Positions 51,340 to 64,000 of a stretch of DNA of 64,000 nt are shown piece by piece. The notes under the pieces were generated by a model that saw only the letters and a program-made list of their open reading frames with translations, was not told the DNA's origin and searched no databases. This DNA is from Paragordius varius. Its lineage: Eukaryota; Animalia; Nematomorpha. Positions within the stretch are counted from its first letter, which is position 1, and each line of letters opens with the position of its first letter. A program made the translations under genes and the position numbers. Where the stretch lies: NCBI GenBank assembly GCA_964247055.1, contig OZ176057.1, positions 62,001 through 126,000 on the forward strand. The letters are read 5' to 3'.

Positions 51340-52505
51340 CTACCGAGTAATCCCTATCACCAATAAACTATATAAACTACTTCTCAAGAAGCTGGTTTTA
51401 GATTGAAGCGAAATACTACAGATGATATAGCCAATAGTAATGCTATAATATCGAGATATAACAAAATCGGTAAAAGTTTGTACTTTAATTTTTTGGACTT
51501 CAGTATGGCATTTGACATATTCAACCATGACTCTCTCTGGAAGATTTTTCAATCTTGGAGAATTTCATCCCACAAAATACTTTTGTTGCAAACGGTGTGT
51601 TCTAAGCAAACAGCTGCGATCAAAGCACAATACGGTCCCATCGACTGGTTTCCTATTCTCAGAGGTGTGGGACACGGATGTGTTTTTTCCCCGTCCTATT
51701 CAACTTATACACAGAAACTTTATTCCGAAATTGTGAACTTTGGCAACATATTGGAGTCCGCATCGATGGTCTTACTGCACGCAATCTCCGATACGCTGAT
51801 GATACAGTTCTCTTGACTAAATCTCATCCGGACATTATTTATCTCCTAAATAGATTACAGTCGAAGCAAGTTTTATGGGTCTGAATCTTAATCTCTCCAA
51901 ATTTTATTCAAAAATACTCAACGCTCCCCAGATACAATATCACTTAATGCATCCTCTCTCGATGTAACCGATTACTGTAAGTATTTGGGTTCAATAAGTT
52001 CAGATCTCAACATACGAGCAAGGCCTGCATTAGGGGCTACCATAGGCATGCTGTTCAGATATGAACTTTTCGGTTATAAGAGTTTTAACCAAATCAGCCC
52101 TAAAAGCAATGGTTTACACCGTCGATTTTTAAAATTTTAATCATAGGTAAGTAAATCCACCGACAAAGTCCAATTTTTTTCAAATGTGGTGTTCCCGGAA
52201 AATTTTACGTACCTAGAAAGCCCACATCTCTAATTCATATATATATATATATACATAACTTCCTCAAACATCAATCAAATATCTAGGCTACATTCTTCGA
52301 TCCGATGCCCTTAAGAAAAAACATTCTCCCTGAGTTAGTCGATGGGACTCGCAAAAGAGGCCGCTCCAAAAAGTGGTTTTTCCATATTATTAAATCAATT
52401 GCAAACCTTACACTCTCCCAAATAATTTGAAAGTCTCAAGATCGTCTGGAATGGAAAACGCTTATTTATGAGAGAGATAAGAGTCGTTACGCGAATAACT
52501 CTTAA
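51340..52505 (+). mobile_element. Degenerate 5'-truncated RTE-like LINE fragment upstream of laccase B (paralogue of 1-885)
   Basis: RT remnants EAGFR, LDFSMAFD, RGVGHGCVFSP and NLRYADDTVLL across frameshifts. Similar to but clearly diverged from 1-885. Confidence 0.8.
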
Positions 52506-53273
52506 ACAAACATAAAAAAGAACAAATTTACGATATGACCTGTCCGTGACTATTGAGTCTAGGATTTGACTTCATATAGACTCGCGTATCCGGCGCTTTG
52601 AACTATATTAGTGATTACAGTGCGAGTTAGGGATGCCACTTTTGCTAGTCAAAATTTATCTTATATTTAACCTATTATTATTTTTTAAATCTATTTATTG
52701 GGTATCGTAAGATAATTGAAATAAATGTAAAAATCTTTTACCGTCATTTCTTTATTGTTATTTTTACTCAAAATACTGACTTCTTGGAATTTTGTAGGTT
52801 TTTTAAGAATCTATATTATGACATATTTACGTAGGATTTCATTTATTGTACATATTAATTAATTGTATTCCAATAAATGTTCTAGAATGTTTTTTGATTC
52901 AGGCTAGCAAAAAAATAAAATAACCTCCTATAGCCCATTTGATATCACTATACTATGAATTTCAGCTTTAAAATCAGAATATAAATATATAGAAATATTA
53001 TTTCAAAAGATTAACATTCATATTATAGCCTAAGGTTATTTAAAATTAAAATGGATAATTTAATCTATGTAATAGATTTCATGGAAAAATGCAACGTAAA
53101 AAATTGAAATTATTATAAAATTTTGTGATAATGCCAAATTAACAGTTTTTGGACAAAGGATTTTTGAAAGATTTCCAAGATAAAAAATAATTATACTTTT
53201 GAATCTTTTTATCGAGTGTGTAAATATAAAAAATATTTTGTCACATATTATGTATATTAAATATTATAAAAAA

Positions 53274-56200
53274 ATGTTTTGTAATAATCTAACCATATTC
53301 GAGGTATTGTTTGGACTCCAGGGTAAATCTATATCAATTTTATATATGTGATGATAATTTTTTCATGAAAACTTTTTAATATAATTTTAAATCTTTAATT
53401 TGTAAATAATGCTTAAATTAAACTCAAATGTTAAAAATGTTTGATGTCTTATCGATTTGTTAGTTTTGTCTGTTGTTTTGTTTTGTGAAAATGTCTCAAA
53501 CTCCGAAATGTATTGGAGATCCAGCTTAATAAGCCAACATCATCCTTGTAATCGGCCTTGCCATGCATTTACGAAGTCTTTGGAATGCACGTACAATTTT
53601 GTGGTCACTGTTGAACACACAAATTATACGTGTGGCAAATGTCAACTTAATACCACCAGCTATTTGTAAGCTTTTATTATATAAAAAATAGCATTACACC
53701 AATTTTACTGTAGGACAGGATTTTAAAAAATAATAATAACTCGTAATAAATATTTAATTTTAGGAAAAGAGCGTCGAAGGAAATGACTTTAAATATTGTT
53801 ATTTACATGTTAAATTACAAACGATTTTAATTTTTAAGCCAATACACATAATCCATGCACTTCGGATTGGGATTTTAACCTTTAAAAATAACCGGACGGT
53901 TTATAGACACAGATTTTGACGGTCAGAGTCCTTGAAATACAGGCTTAGTTCTTTCGTTAAAAAAAACTAAGCAAACACCAATCATATTGTATTAATATTT
54001 TCACAATATTAAAAAACGTCATGAATAATTTGATATTAATATATATCATCCAATTATTTAAAAATTATATTTTAAATAGGATAAAAACATATGTTGAGTT
54101 CTTAAATTATTTACAAAAGCAGTCAAAGTCACGGTCATAATGGTAGACCCAATCTAATTAGTAATTTTATGACAGATCCAAAAATATAAGCCTATCGGAT
54201 TGCCAGGGTCAAGAATGTGTGCTAGGAGATGCCTACCAGCGAGTCGTATATCTTGTCAATCGATTCCCTGGACCTGATATAACGGTTCATTGTGCGTCTA
54301 CTCCTCTAATTAACCATAACTTATCGTGAAAGATTTTTTAACGTTTTAGGTTTGCGAAGGCGATAAAATCGTAGTTTATGTTACCAATTCCATTTTGAAT
54401 GAAGAAGCTATCACGATTCATTGGCATGGAATGCATCAAATTGGAACGCCTCACATGGATGGAACACCAATGGTTACTCAATGTCCCATTTTAAAGGGTG
54501 GATATTACATTAACTAATTTGTATGGTTTCAAAAATGCTTGATTCTTTTCTTATGTTTTTATTTGTATCTACCGTTTTAGAATCGCTATAACAATTTTGC
54601 TATTACAATTCAAGCGAAATAATTAATGATTATTGCATGGCTTTTCATTTCAAGCAATAATTATTTTTACGAATGTCAATTAGGAGCTATTTTCCGTTAT
54701 GATTTTTCCCCAAACCCAGGAGGTACAGCCTTTTGGCATTCACATACAGCGTTTTTGAGGGCGGATGGTTTAGTTGGTCCGTTGATTGTACGAAAACGCA
54801 TTCAACATATACCTAAATGGTTTGAGGAAAAATTTTATATAAATTTAAAATCTTTTGACAAATTGCCATTGATTCCAACTATAACTCCGATCCAAAATGA
54901 AATATATGATCAGGTTTTTCTCTATGATCAAATAATATTATTAAAATGATTAATATTAAACATTTTTTGTCCATGCAACATTTAGCGCCAATCATCCTCA
55001 ACTTCCCCTATCCCTCCAAACAATAATACGCATTCCAAAATCAAGTATAGAAGTTTGTATCGAAAGAGACAAAAACATCAAGTTTGCTTACGAGAGTATG
55101 CCCAACATTTATTTGCTCAGGATCAGGACAATGTTATTATCGTGCAAGAATGGAAACATGATATAAGCCTAGTGGATTACATGCTGATAGATGCAAAAGC
55201 CAAATGCCTCGTAATTAATGGACGGAAAGGAACGCCTAAATCTCCACCCGCTATAACGGTCATTAATCGCAAAAATTATTTTGGCGGCGCAAATAAACTG
55301 GACAAATCGGGTGATGACGAAGCAAACAACAACTGTCAAGACGACATCCCATGGGTTCGAATAATTAGCAATGGGTTTCTTTCATGTCCCATACAAGCAC
55401 ATTTAGAGGGACACAGGTAGGTTGTTGTTTAATTTATTATAAAGAAAACTTTACGTTTGTCAAAGATTACTTGTAGTAATCGAATATTCACTATAAATTC
55501 ATATAATTTTAGCTGAATTATAATTGCAATATAATAATAACGAGATGATTTAGTTTAAAATAAAAAATTAGTATGATACAGACGCCAAATAATTAACTTA
55601 CACGGTGTATCTAATATTTATTTCATCATTCATTAATGTTTTTTGACAATTTTTGCAGTTTGGGTACGCTAATTTTTTTCTGATCAAATATAGGCTCAAA
55701 TTAATTGCTTTGGATGGGATTGAGTTGAAGGATTCTCCAATATTTGATATATTAACCATATTCCCGGGTGAGCGATTAGATGTCCAACTGATTCAAACTG
55801 ATTTCCCTGCCAGAGAACAACGACCGCCAAGCGTAGAATGGGAAAGTTTTGCATTGCATTGGATTTCTCATGGCGATTGCCTTGTTAAAGGTATTCATGC
55901 AAATGCAACATCATACATCGTTTATCGAAACCAGGATATCACAAATAGCCTTAGTAAACAAGTAGTAGATGATGACTATGAGGATTGTAATGGAGAAATC
56001 ATGACAGCAACAGCAACAAGTCCACAAAACAATTTTGATCAACTTTTACAGAGTGTTATGGAAATGAATTTGAACCCGTCCAACATACCCAATAAGGCGT
56101 TTGATTGGCAAGTTGCGCTGAATACATCAATAGTATATATATACAATTTACAATTAAAATTCACCCACAAATTCAAATTCACCCTTGAACAATTCAAATT

Positions 56201-58433
56201 CACCCTTGAACAATTCAAATTCACCCTATTTCAGGCTAATATACCTTAATATTAAATATATCTTAATGGCATATTTCATTTTTTTTTCAGTATTATTTTA
56301 TCTAAACAAAATTTTATTTTTAAAAAATATATAAAATATAAGTAATTTTTATTTTAAAAAACAATTCGAATTGTTCGAGGGTGGAATTTTTGGAGGGTGA
56401 AATTGAATTGTTTAAGGGTGAATTGGACCTGCAAATGGCAACTTATTTTATCTATAGTAATTACTTTACATTACATCTTTTGTAGATTTTTAACCCAACA
56501 CATATGGAAGATTTTAATCAAAATGACCGATATATCCGATTAAATGACATACAGCCTCTCGAAAAAACGAAAATAATTTATGATAATATAGGGTCTCTTT
56601 CAAATTTGGCGCAAGATACGCTTGTGGTGGACCATAAAATATTTTTGTTTGTGGATAGTCCAATCATATATGAGAGTAAGATTGTATCTTGACATATTAA
56701 TATTTCTTATGAATGATAATCATTCATTTTATAGTAATATCGCTTTTATTTTAATTAACACAGACATGCCGATTTTCAATAACATTTCATATCGGGCTCC
56801 AAGTCACCCGCTCTTGACACAATTTTCCCAAATCGATAAAGAGCAATTCTGTAATTACGAGACTCACCCGCATTGCAAATATGAATTCTGCGCCTGTACT
56901 CACCTGTACAACATACCGCTAGGGTCAGTTATTGAGCTCATATTAGTAGACGAAGGTAAAACCATCATTTAAAGGCATTGATTATTTTCTGTTTATGGCT
57001 ACATATATAAAGGCGTATTTGTATATCTTTTAGGGCTAAATGGTGAATATGATATCCATTCAGTGCATTTACATGGCAGCTATTTCATCGTTTTGGCTCA
57101 ACAAAAAATGGGTCCCAATGTCACTATTGAAAGGGTTACTTATTTATTTTCAATCATTCAATCATAATCAAAATAAAAATAATCTTTTAATGATTCTCAA
57201 TATATTTCAGGGCTGGGAGCCGGTTCTAAATGTTAAGGGCCGGTTCCGGAACAACTAAATTTTTAGAGAACCAACGGGGTTCCGGTTCCAATTGTTCAAG
57301 AATCACCCCGGTTCCGGTTAAAAACCAACGCTGTTCTAGGTTCCACTTGCTCAGGAACCGACCCGGTTCCAGTTCCACTTTTTTTGAACCGGTTTCAAGC
57401 CCTGATATATTTTGCGGATTTCACGGGGCTTGCGAGTCGCAGAATAGGCTTTAAACTAATCTAATCAATATATTTATCTATCTTAATACTCTAATTTAAA
57501 ATATATTGGGTAAAATAATACGCTCTTGGTGAGAATGAAACAAATTTTTGTTTTCATGACTGTTTAATCACAGAATACCGATAATGACGTACCATTTGAG
57601 GACGTCTAAATAGGTGTTTCATTTTAACTTTGAAATTAATAAATTTTTTTTTCCACAGATAAAGTTGTTGGATGAGAATGGGAAACTAAGGCGCAACTAT
57701 AGGCATTACAGTGTGAAGGATTCAGTTTCAATCCCAGAAGGTGGCTACACTATTGTGCGCTTTAGGGCCGACAATCCAGGTTTCTTTTTTCTTTTATGCA
57801 ACATTTATAACAATGTGAATTTTGCTGTATTACAAATAAACTTTGTAAAATTTGACTAAATGGTTTTAATTCAAAAAAATAATTTAAATATAAAATTGAG
57901 TGTATATCCGATTCTCTTTTTATTATTTAGCAATTCAAAACGATAGGTTTAATTAAATCAAGTATAAAAGTGTGGGTGCTTTATAAAAAATGTTTGTCAT
58001 TTAGCTTTTATGTTTTGTCTTTATGATTTCTATTTTTCCTGTATCTCCTACAAAGACCTGTTTGAAAACTTGCATAATTATAAATCATTACAGGGTGGGG
58101 TTGAACACAGAAACTAATTCAATTAATGGGTGCATTTATAAGTCCCTAAAAAATATCGTATTTTAAATATAGGCTGAGAATTCTCAGGAAATTGTTTTCA
58201 AGCTGATATCATAATAAATAACTATTATCGTAATTTTAATAGGAAAATTCGGAATTTTTTATATTTATGTTTTTGATTTAGGCTTTTGGATGTTTCACTG
58301 TCATTTGCACTTTCATTTGTTCCAAGGAATGGCTGTCGTTTTCCAAATAGGAAATATCACTCAAATGAGACCAACGCCCTCTAACTTTCCTCAATGTGGT
58401 CCCTGGCTTTCATCTTATCCAACTCATCTTTAA
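53274..58433 (+). CDS. Laccase-like multicopper oxidase, copy B (chimeric: divergent exons 1-5, A-type exons 6-12)
   Basis: Exons 53274-53322, 53464-53665, 54191-54284, 54350-54497, 54684-54913, 55121-55416, 55694-56096 (or 56111), 56486-56675, 56764-56955, 57034-57134, 57659-57779, 58282-58433. Open throughout, phases conserved, all four copper motifs present. Confidence 0.9.
57208..57404. mobile_element. hAT-type MITE, copy in laccase B intron 10
   Basis: Same as 5692-5888 at offset 51516, including the ATATATTT TSD. A third copy starts at 63977 and is cut by the window end. Confidence 0.88.
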
Positions 58434-58978
58434 AATTCTAAAATAACCGTCATAATTTGTAAATTTTGTACAATTGTGAATAAACTTGTGATATATATAT
58501 ATATCTATTATATTTATTTGATTTGTAAGTTTTGTTTGAGCACTTAAGATTTAAAAATATTTTTAAGTTAATTGGTAAATTAACGTTATAGCTTTTTTGC
58601 TTTTATTTGTGTTCCTTAGAAATTCGAAATATTATCATTTATTGGTAATGGATGGATTGATTGAGTTATCACATGTCTGATGAGACGGATATTTGTATAA
58701 CATTGTATGACAAAATATATGGGCTCATTAATAAACATAAAATGTGCATATTTTGTGTCTCTTTCAAAATGAGATGACAATGCGACAAAATTAAAAGTAA
58801 TACTTAATAAATAAAAAACCATTTAGACCACATATGTAATGTAATTAAACCTATTAAATGAAGTATAATTGTTAAATAATATGAGTGTAATTTGTAAACT
58901 TTTCTCAAAATAATTAAACAAAAATTATCCAATCATGGAGGTAATGTAGGCTTATTCATATAATGTTCTAAGGTCGAA

Positions 58979-59932
58979 AACTCCATCTATCCTAATACTG
59001 AAAAGGGTGGTTTCGGTGGCGGATGTATGTAAACTCAATATACGAATATCCACTAAGACAGTTGCATCAATCAGGTCCAAGTCGTACAAAAAATCGTCCG
59101 GCAAAATCTGTTCAAATTGGTTCTCAGCCAAATCAACCACCATTCTTAACTCCATCTATCCTAATACTGAAAAGGGGTGGTTTCGGTGGCAAATGGATGT
59201 AAACTCAATATACGAATATCCATTAAGACAGTTGCATCAATCAGGTCCAAGTCTTACAAAAAACCGTCCGGCAAAATCTGTTCAAATTGGTTCTCAACCA
59301 AATCAACCAACCTTCTTAACTCCATCTAACCTAATACTGAAAAGGGGTGGTTTCTGAGACGGATGGATGTAAACTCAATATACGAATATCCATTAAGACA
59401 GTTGCATCAATCAGGTCCAAGTCTTACAAAAAACCGTCCGGCAAAATCTGTTCAAATTGGTTCTCAACCAAATCAACCAACCTTCTTAACTCCATCTAAC
59501 CTAATACTGAAAAGGGGTGGTTTCTGAGACGGATGGATGTAAACTCTATATACGATAATCCATTAACACAGTTACATCCAAATCAGTTGTCAACATTCCT
59601 AACTCCATCTATCCTAATACTGAAAAGGGGTGGTTTCGGTGGCGGATGGATGCAAACTTAATATACGAATATCCATTAAGACAGTTGCATCAATCAGATC
59701 CAAGTCTTACAAAAAACCGTCCGGCAAATTCTGTTCAAATTGGTCAACCAAATCAACCAACCTTCTTAACTCCATCTAACCTAATACTGAAAAGGGGTGG
59801 TTTCGGAGACGGATGGATATAAACTCTATATACGATAATCCATTAACACAGTTACATCCAAATCAGTTGTCCAACATTCCTAACTCCATCTATCCTAATA
59901 CTGAAAAGCGGTGGTTTCGGTGACGGATGGAT
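58979..59932. repeat. Short array of the ~170-bp satellite (duplicate of 7463-8416)
   Basis: Same monomer order and the same two shortened units, with a few SNPs. Confidence 0.95.
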
Positions 59933-60533
59933 CCAAATCATAATAAGATTATCTATGTATACCAACATCAAAAACATCTAATGCTTTAAGACATTTTCCT
60001 TTTCATATAAATCCAATACAGCTCTCTCACTGTAAATACTTATTTACAAAAAAATTTTGTTATAACTATTATTTAATTAATGTTTTATTATTTAAACCCC
60101 CAAAAATGGGGTCACTATATCATCAAAAAATAAATAATATAATCATATATAATATATTGAGATATGGTGTGGTTATTTTTAGAATCTATTTTTCGTGTCT
60201 TGTCAAAAATCAATTAGAGGAGATAGCGATTCCGTTACCCTTAATTTTTTAAAACACTAATATTTTCTACAACCAACATCAAAGTTATTGGCAAGATTTA
60301 TTTTAAAAACTAAAACTAAAACCCTCTTGTGTTAATTACACCTCTACATATTTCTTAAAAATAAAATATAGACAAAACGGAAAAACTTAAAGCAAATTTT
60401 TTAATATAAGAATATCCATATTTGTTAAAACAGTGTTGTCCACTCTTTTCAGTATTAACCAGCTCTAAAAAATGTTAAAACATATAAAATTGAATTTCAA
60501 TCAAAATTTAAGGTTTTGTAGATGATATATAAT

Positions 60534-60544
60534 TAAGGTGACCA
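60534..60544 (+). mobile_element. 11-bp remnant of the hAT left TIR (TAAGGTGACCA) at a rearrangement junction
   Basis: Follows the same ~600-bp flank and TATATAAT as the 9018 element, then switches abruptly to laccase intron 2 sequence (equivalent to 2239). Confidence 0.85.
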
Positions 60545-63500
60545 TTATTTACATGTTAAATTACAAACGATTTTAACGTTTTTAAAGAGGGCCTTATAAG
60601 TGCAAGGCAATGCGCACATATTCCATGCACTTCTGATTGGGATTTTAACCTTTAAAATAACCGGACGGTTTATAGACACAGATTTTGACGGTCAGAGTCC
60701 TTGAAATACAGGCTTAGTTCTTTCGTTAAAAAAAACTAAGCAAACACCAATCATATTGTATTAATATTTTCATAATATTAACGTCATGAATAATTTGATA
60801 TTAATATATATATATAATCCAATTATTTTAAAATTTAGTTTTAAATTTGGATAAAAACATATGTTGGGTTCTTAAAACTGATTATTTACAAAAGCAGTCA
60901 AAGTCACGGTCATAATAATGCGTTTAGACCCAACCTAATTAGTAACTATATGACAAATCCGAAAATATAAGCCTATCTGATTGCCATGGTCAAGAATGTG
61001 TGCTAGGAGATGGCTACCAGCGAGTTATGTATCTTGTGAATAATCGATTCCCTGGACCTGATATAACGGTTTATTCTGCGTCTACTCCTCTAATTAACCA
61101 TTAATTATCGTGAAAGACTTTTACTATACATGTTTTAGGTTTGCGAAGGCGATAAAATCGTAGTTTATGTTAACAATTCCATTTTGAATGAAGAAGCTAT
61201 CACGATTCATTGGCATGGAATGCATCAAATTGGAACACCTCACATGGATGGAACACCAATGGTTACTCAATGTCCCATTTTAAAGGGTGGATATTATATT
61301 AATTAATTTGTATGGTCTTAAAAATGCTTGATTGTTTTCTTATGTTTTTATTTGTATCTACCGTTTTAGAAATCGCTAAAAAATTTAGCTTTACATTTCA
61401 AGTCTCGAAGATTAATTAATGTGTTATTGCATTGGTTTTTATTTCAAGCAATTAATTATTTTTACAAATGTTAATTAGGAGGTATTTTCCGTTATGAATT
61501 TTCCGCAAACCCAGGAGGTACAGCCTTTTGGCATTCACATACAGCGTTTTTGAGGGCGGATGGTTTAGTTGGTCTGATTGTACGAAAACGCATTCAACAA
61601 ATTCCTAAATGGTTTGAGGAAAAATTTTATATAAATTCAAAATCTTTTGACAAGTTATCTCTGATTCCAACTACAACTCCGATCCAAAATGAAATATATG
61701 ATAAGGTATTTCGTTATAATGTCAAATATTATTTTTGAAATGAATAACCTAAAACATTTTTTGCCAATGCACATTTAGCGCCAATTCTCAACTTCTACTC
61801 TCCCTCAAAACAATAATACGTCTTCCAAAATCAAGTATAAAAGTTTCTATCGAAAGAGACAAAAACATCAAGTTTGCTTACGAGAGTATGCCCAACATTT
61901 ATTTGCTCAGGATCAGGACAATGTTATTATCGTGCAAGAATGGAAACATGATATAAGCCTAGTGGATTACATGCTGATAGATGCAAAAGCCAAATGCCTC
62001 GTAATTAATGGACGGAAAGGAACGCCTAAATCTCCACCCGCTATAACGGTCATTAATCGCAAAAATTATTTTGGCGGCGCAAATAAACTGGACAAATCGG
62101 GTGATGACGAAGCAAACAACAACTGTCAAGACGACATCCCATGGGTTCGAATAATTAGCAATGGGTTTCTTTCATGTCCCATACAAGCACATTTAGAGGG
62201 ACACAGGTAGGTTGTTGTTTAATTTATTATAAAGAAAACTTTACGTTTGTCAAAGATTACTTGTAGTAATCGAATATTCACTATAAATTCATATAATTTT
62301 AGCTGAATTATAATTGCAATATAATAATAACGAGATGATTTAGTTTAAAATAAAAAATTAGTATGATACAGACGCCAAATAATTAACTTACACGGTGTAT
62401 CTAATATTTATTTCATCATTCATTAATGTTTTTTGACAATTTTTGCAGTTTGGGTACGCTAATTTTTTTCTGATCAAATATAGGCTCAAATTAATTGCTT
62501 TGGATGGGATTGAGTTGAAGGATTCTCCAATATTTGATATATTAACCATATTCCCGGGTGAGCGATTAGATGTCCAACTGATTCAAACTGATTTCCCTGC
62601 CAGAGAACAACGACCGCCAAGCGTAGAATGGGAAAGTTTTGCATTGCATTGGATTTCTCATGGCGATTGCCTTGTTAAAGGTATTCATGCAAATGCAACA
62701 TCATACATCGTTTATCGAAACCAGGATATCACAAATAGCCTTAGTAAACAAGTAGTAGATGATGACTATGAGGATTGTAATGGAGAAATCATGACAGCAA
62801 CAGCAACAAGTCCACAAAACAATTTTGATCAACTTTTACAGAGTGTTATGGAAATGAATTTGAACCCGTCCAACATACCCAATAAGGCGTTTGATTGGCA
62901 AGTTGCGCTGAATACATCAATAGTATATATATACAATTTACAATTAAAATTCACCCACAAATTCAAATTCACCCTTGAACAATTCAAATTCACCCTATTT
63001 CAGGCTAATATACCTTAATATTAAATATATCTTAATGGCATATTTCATTTTTTTTTCAGTATTATTTTATCTAAACAAAATTTTATTTTTAAAAAATATA
63101 TAAAATATAAGTAATTTTTATTTTAAAAAACAATTCGAATTGTTCGAGGGTGGAATTTTTGGAGGGTGAAATTGAATTGTTTAAGGGTGAATTGGACCTG
63201 CAAATGGCAACTTATTTTATCTATAGTAATTACTTTACATTACATCTTTTGTAGATTTTTAACCCAACACATATGGAAGATTTTAATCAAAATGACCGAT
63301 ATATCCGATTAAATGACATACAGCCTCTCGAAAAAACGAAAATAATTTATGATAATATAGGGTCTCTTTCAAATTTGGCGCAAGATACGCTTGTGGTGGA
63401 CCATAAAATATTTTTGTTTGTGGATAGTCCAATCATATATGAGAGTAAGATTGTATCTTGACATATTAATATTTCTTATGAATGATAATCATTCATTTTA

Positions 63501-64000
63501 TAGTAATATCGCTTTTATTTTAATTAACACAGACATGCCGATTTTCAATAACATTTCATATCGGGCTCCAAGTCACCCGCTCTTGACACAATTTTCCCAA
63601 ATCGATAAAGAGCAATTCTGTAATTACGAGACTCACCCGCATTGCAAATATGAATTCTGCGCCTGTACTCACCTGTACAACATACCGCTAGGGTCAGTTA
63701 TTGAGCTCATATTAATAGACGAAGGTAAAACCATCATTTAAAGGCATTGATTATTTTCTGTTTATGGCTACATATATAAAGGCGTATTTGTATATCTTTT
63801 AGGGCTAAATGGTGAATATGATATCCATTCAGTGCATTTACATGGCAGCTATTTCATCGTTTTGGCTCAACAAAAAATGGGTCCCAATGTCACTATTGAA
63901 AGGGTTACTTATTTATTTTCAATCATTCAATCATAATCAAAATAAAAATAATCTTTTAATGATTCTCAATATATTTCAGGGCTGGGAGCCGGTTCTAAAT
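60545..64000 (+). pseudogene. Laccase copy C, A-type, lacking exons 1-2; continues beyond the window
   Basis: Matches 2239 onward (offset 58306, then 58285 after a 21-bp intronic deletion). Exons 60972-61068, 61139-61286, 61479-61705, 61911-62206, 62484-62886, 63255-63444, 63533-63724 and 63803-63903 are open, but there is no start or signal-peptide exon. One V-to-I change (ELILIDEG). Confidence 0.8.

Overview
AT-rich metazoan genomic DNA with spliceosomal GT-AG introns; it is not prokaryotic and has no CRISPR array or rRNA/tRNA genes I can support. Left to right: a degenerate LINE 3' fragment; a complete 12-exon insect-laccase-like multicopper oxidase gene (copy A, 1735-6917); a short array of a ~170-bp satellite; a chimeric dead hAT transposon; an AUH-like enoyl-CoA hydratase gene with two nested full-length RTE-clade LINEs in one intron; a non-autonomous Helitron carrying degenerate tandem repeats; an ~18.8-kb array of the same satellite (~110 monomers, with higher-order repeats); a second hAT copy with an intact 8-bp TSD; the LINE fragment again; a chimeric laccase (copy B: divergent exons 1-5, A-type exons 6-12); another short satellite array; and a 5'-truncated laccase (copy C) fused to the first 11 bp of the hAT TIR. 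The window is a recombination mosaic in which laccase copies are being duplicated and reshuffled next to satellite and hAT blocks. The most unusual signals are in the satellite monomer. On the minus strand it resembles an LRR-coding phase-2 exon plus a 97-nt intron (inference). On the plus strand it carries a hairpin that marks both ends of every array. All coordinates, alignments and counts were read by eye and should be verified computationally.
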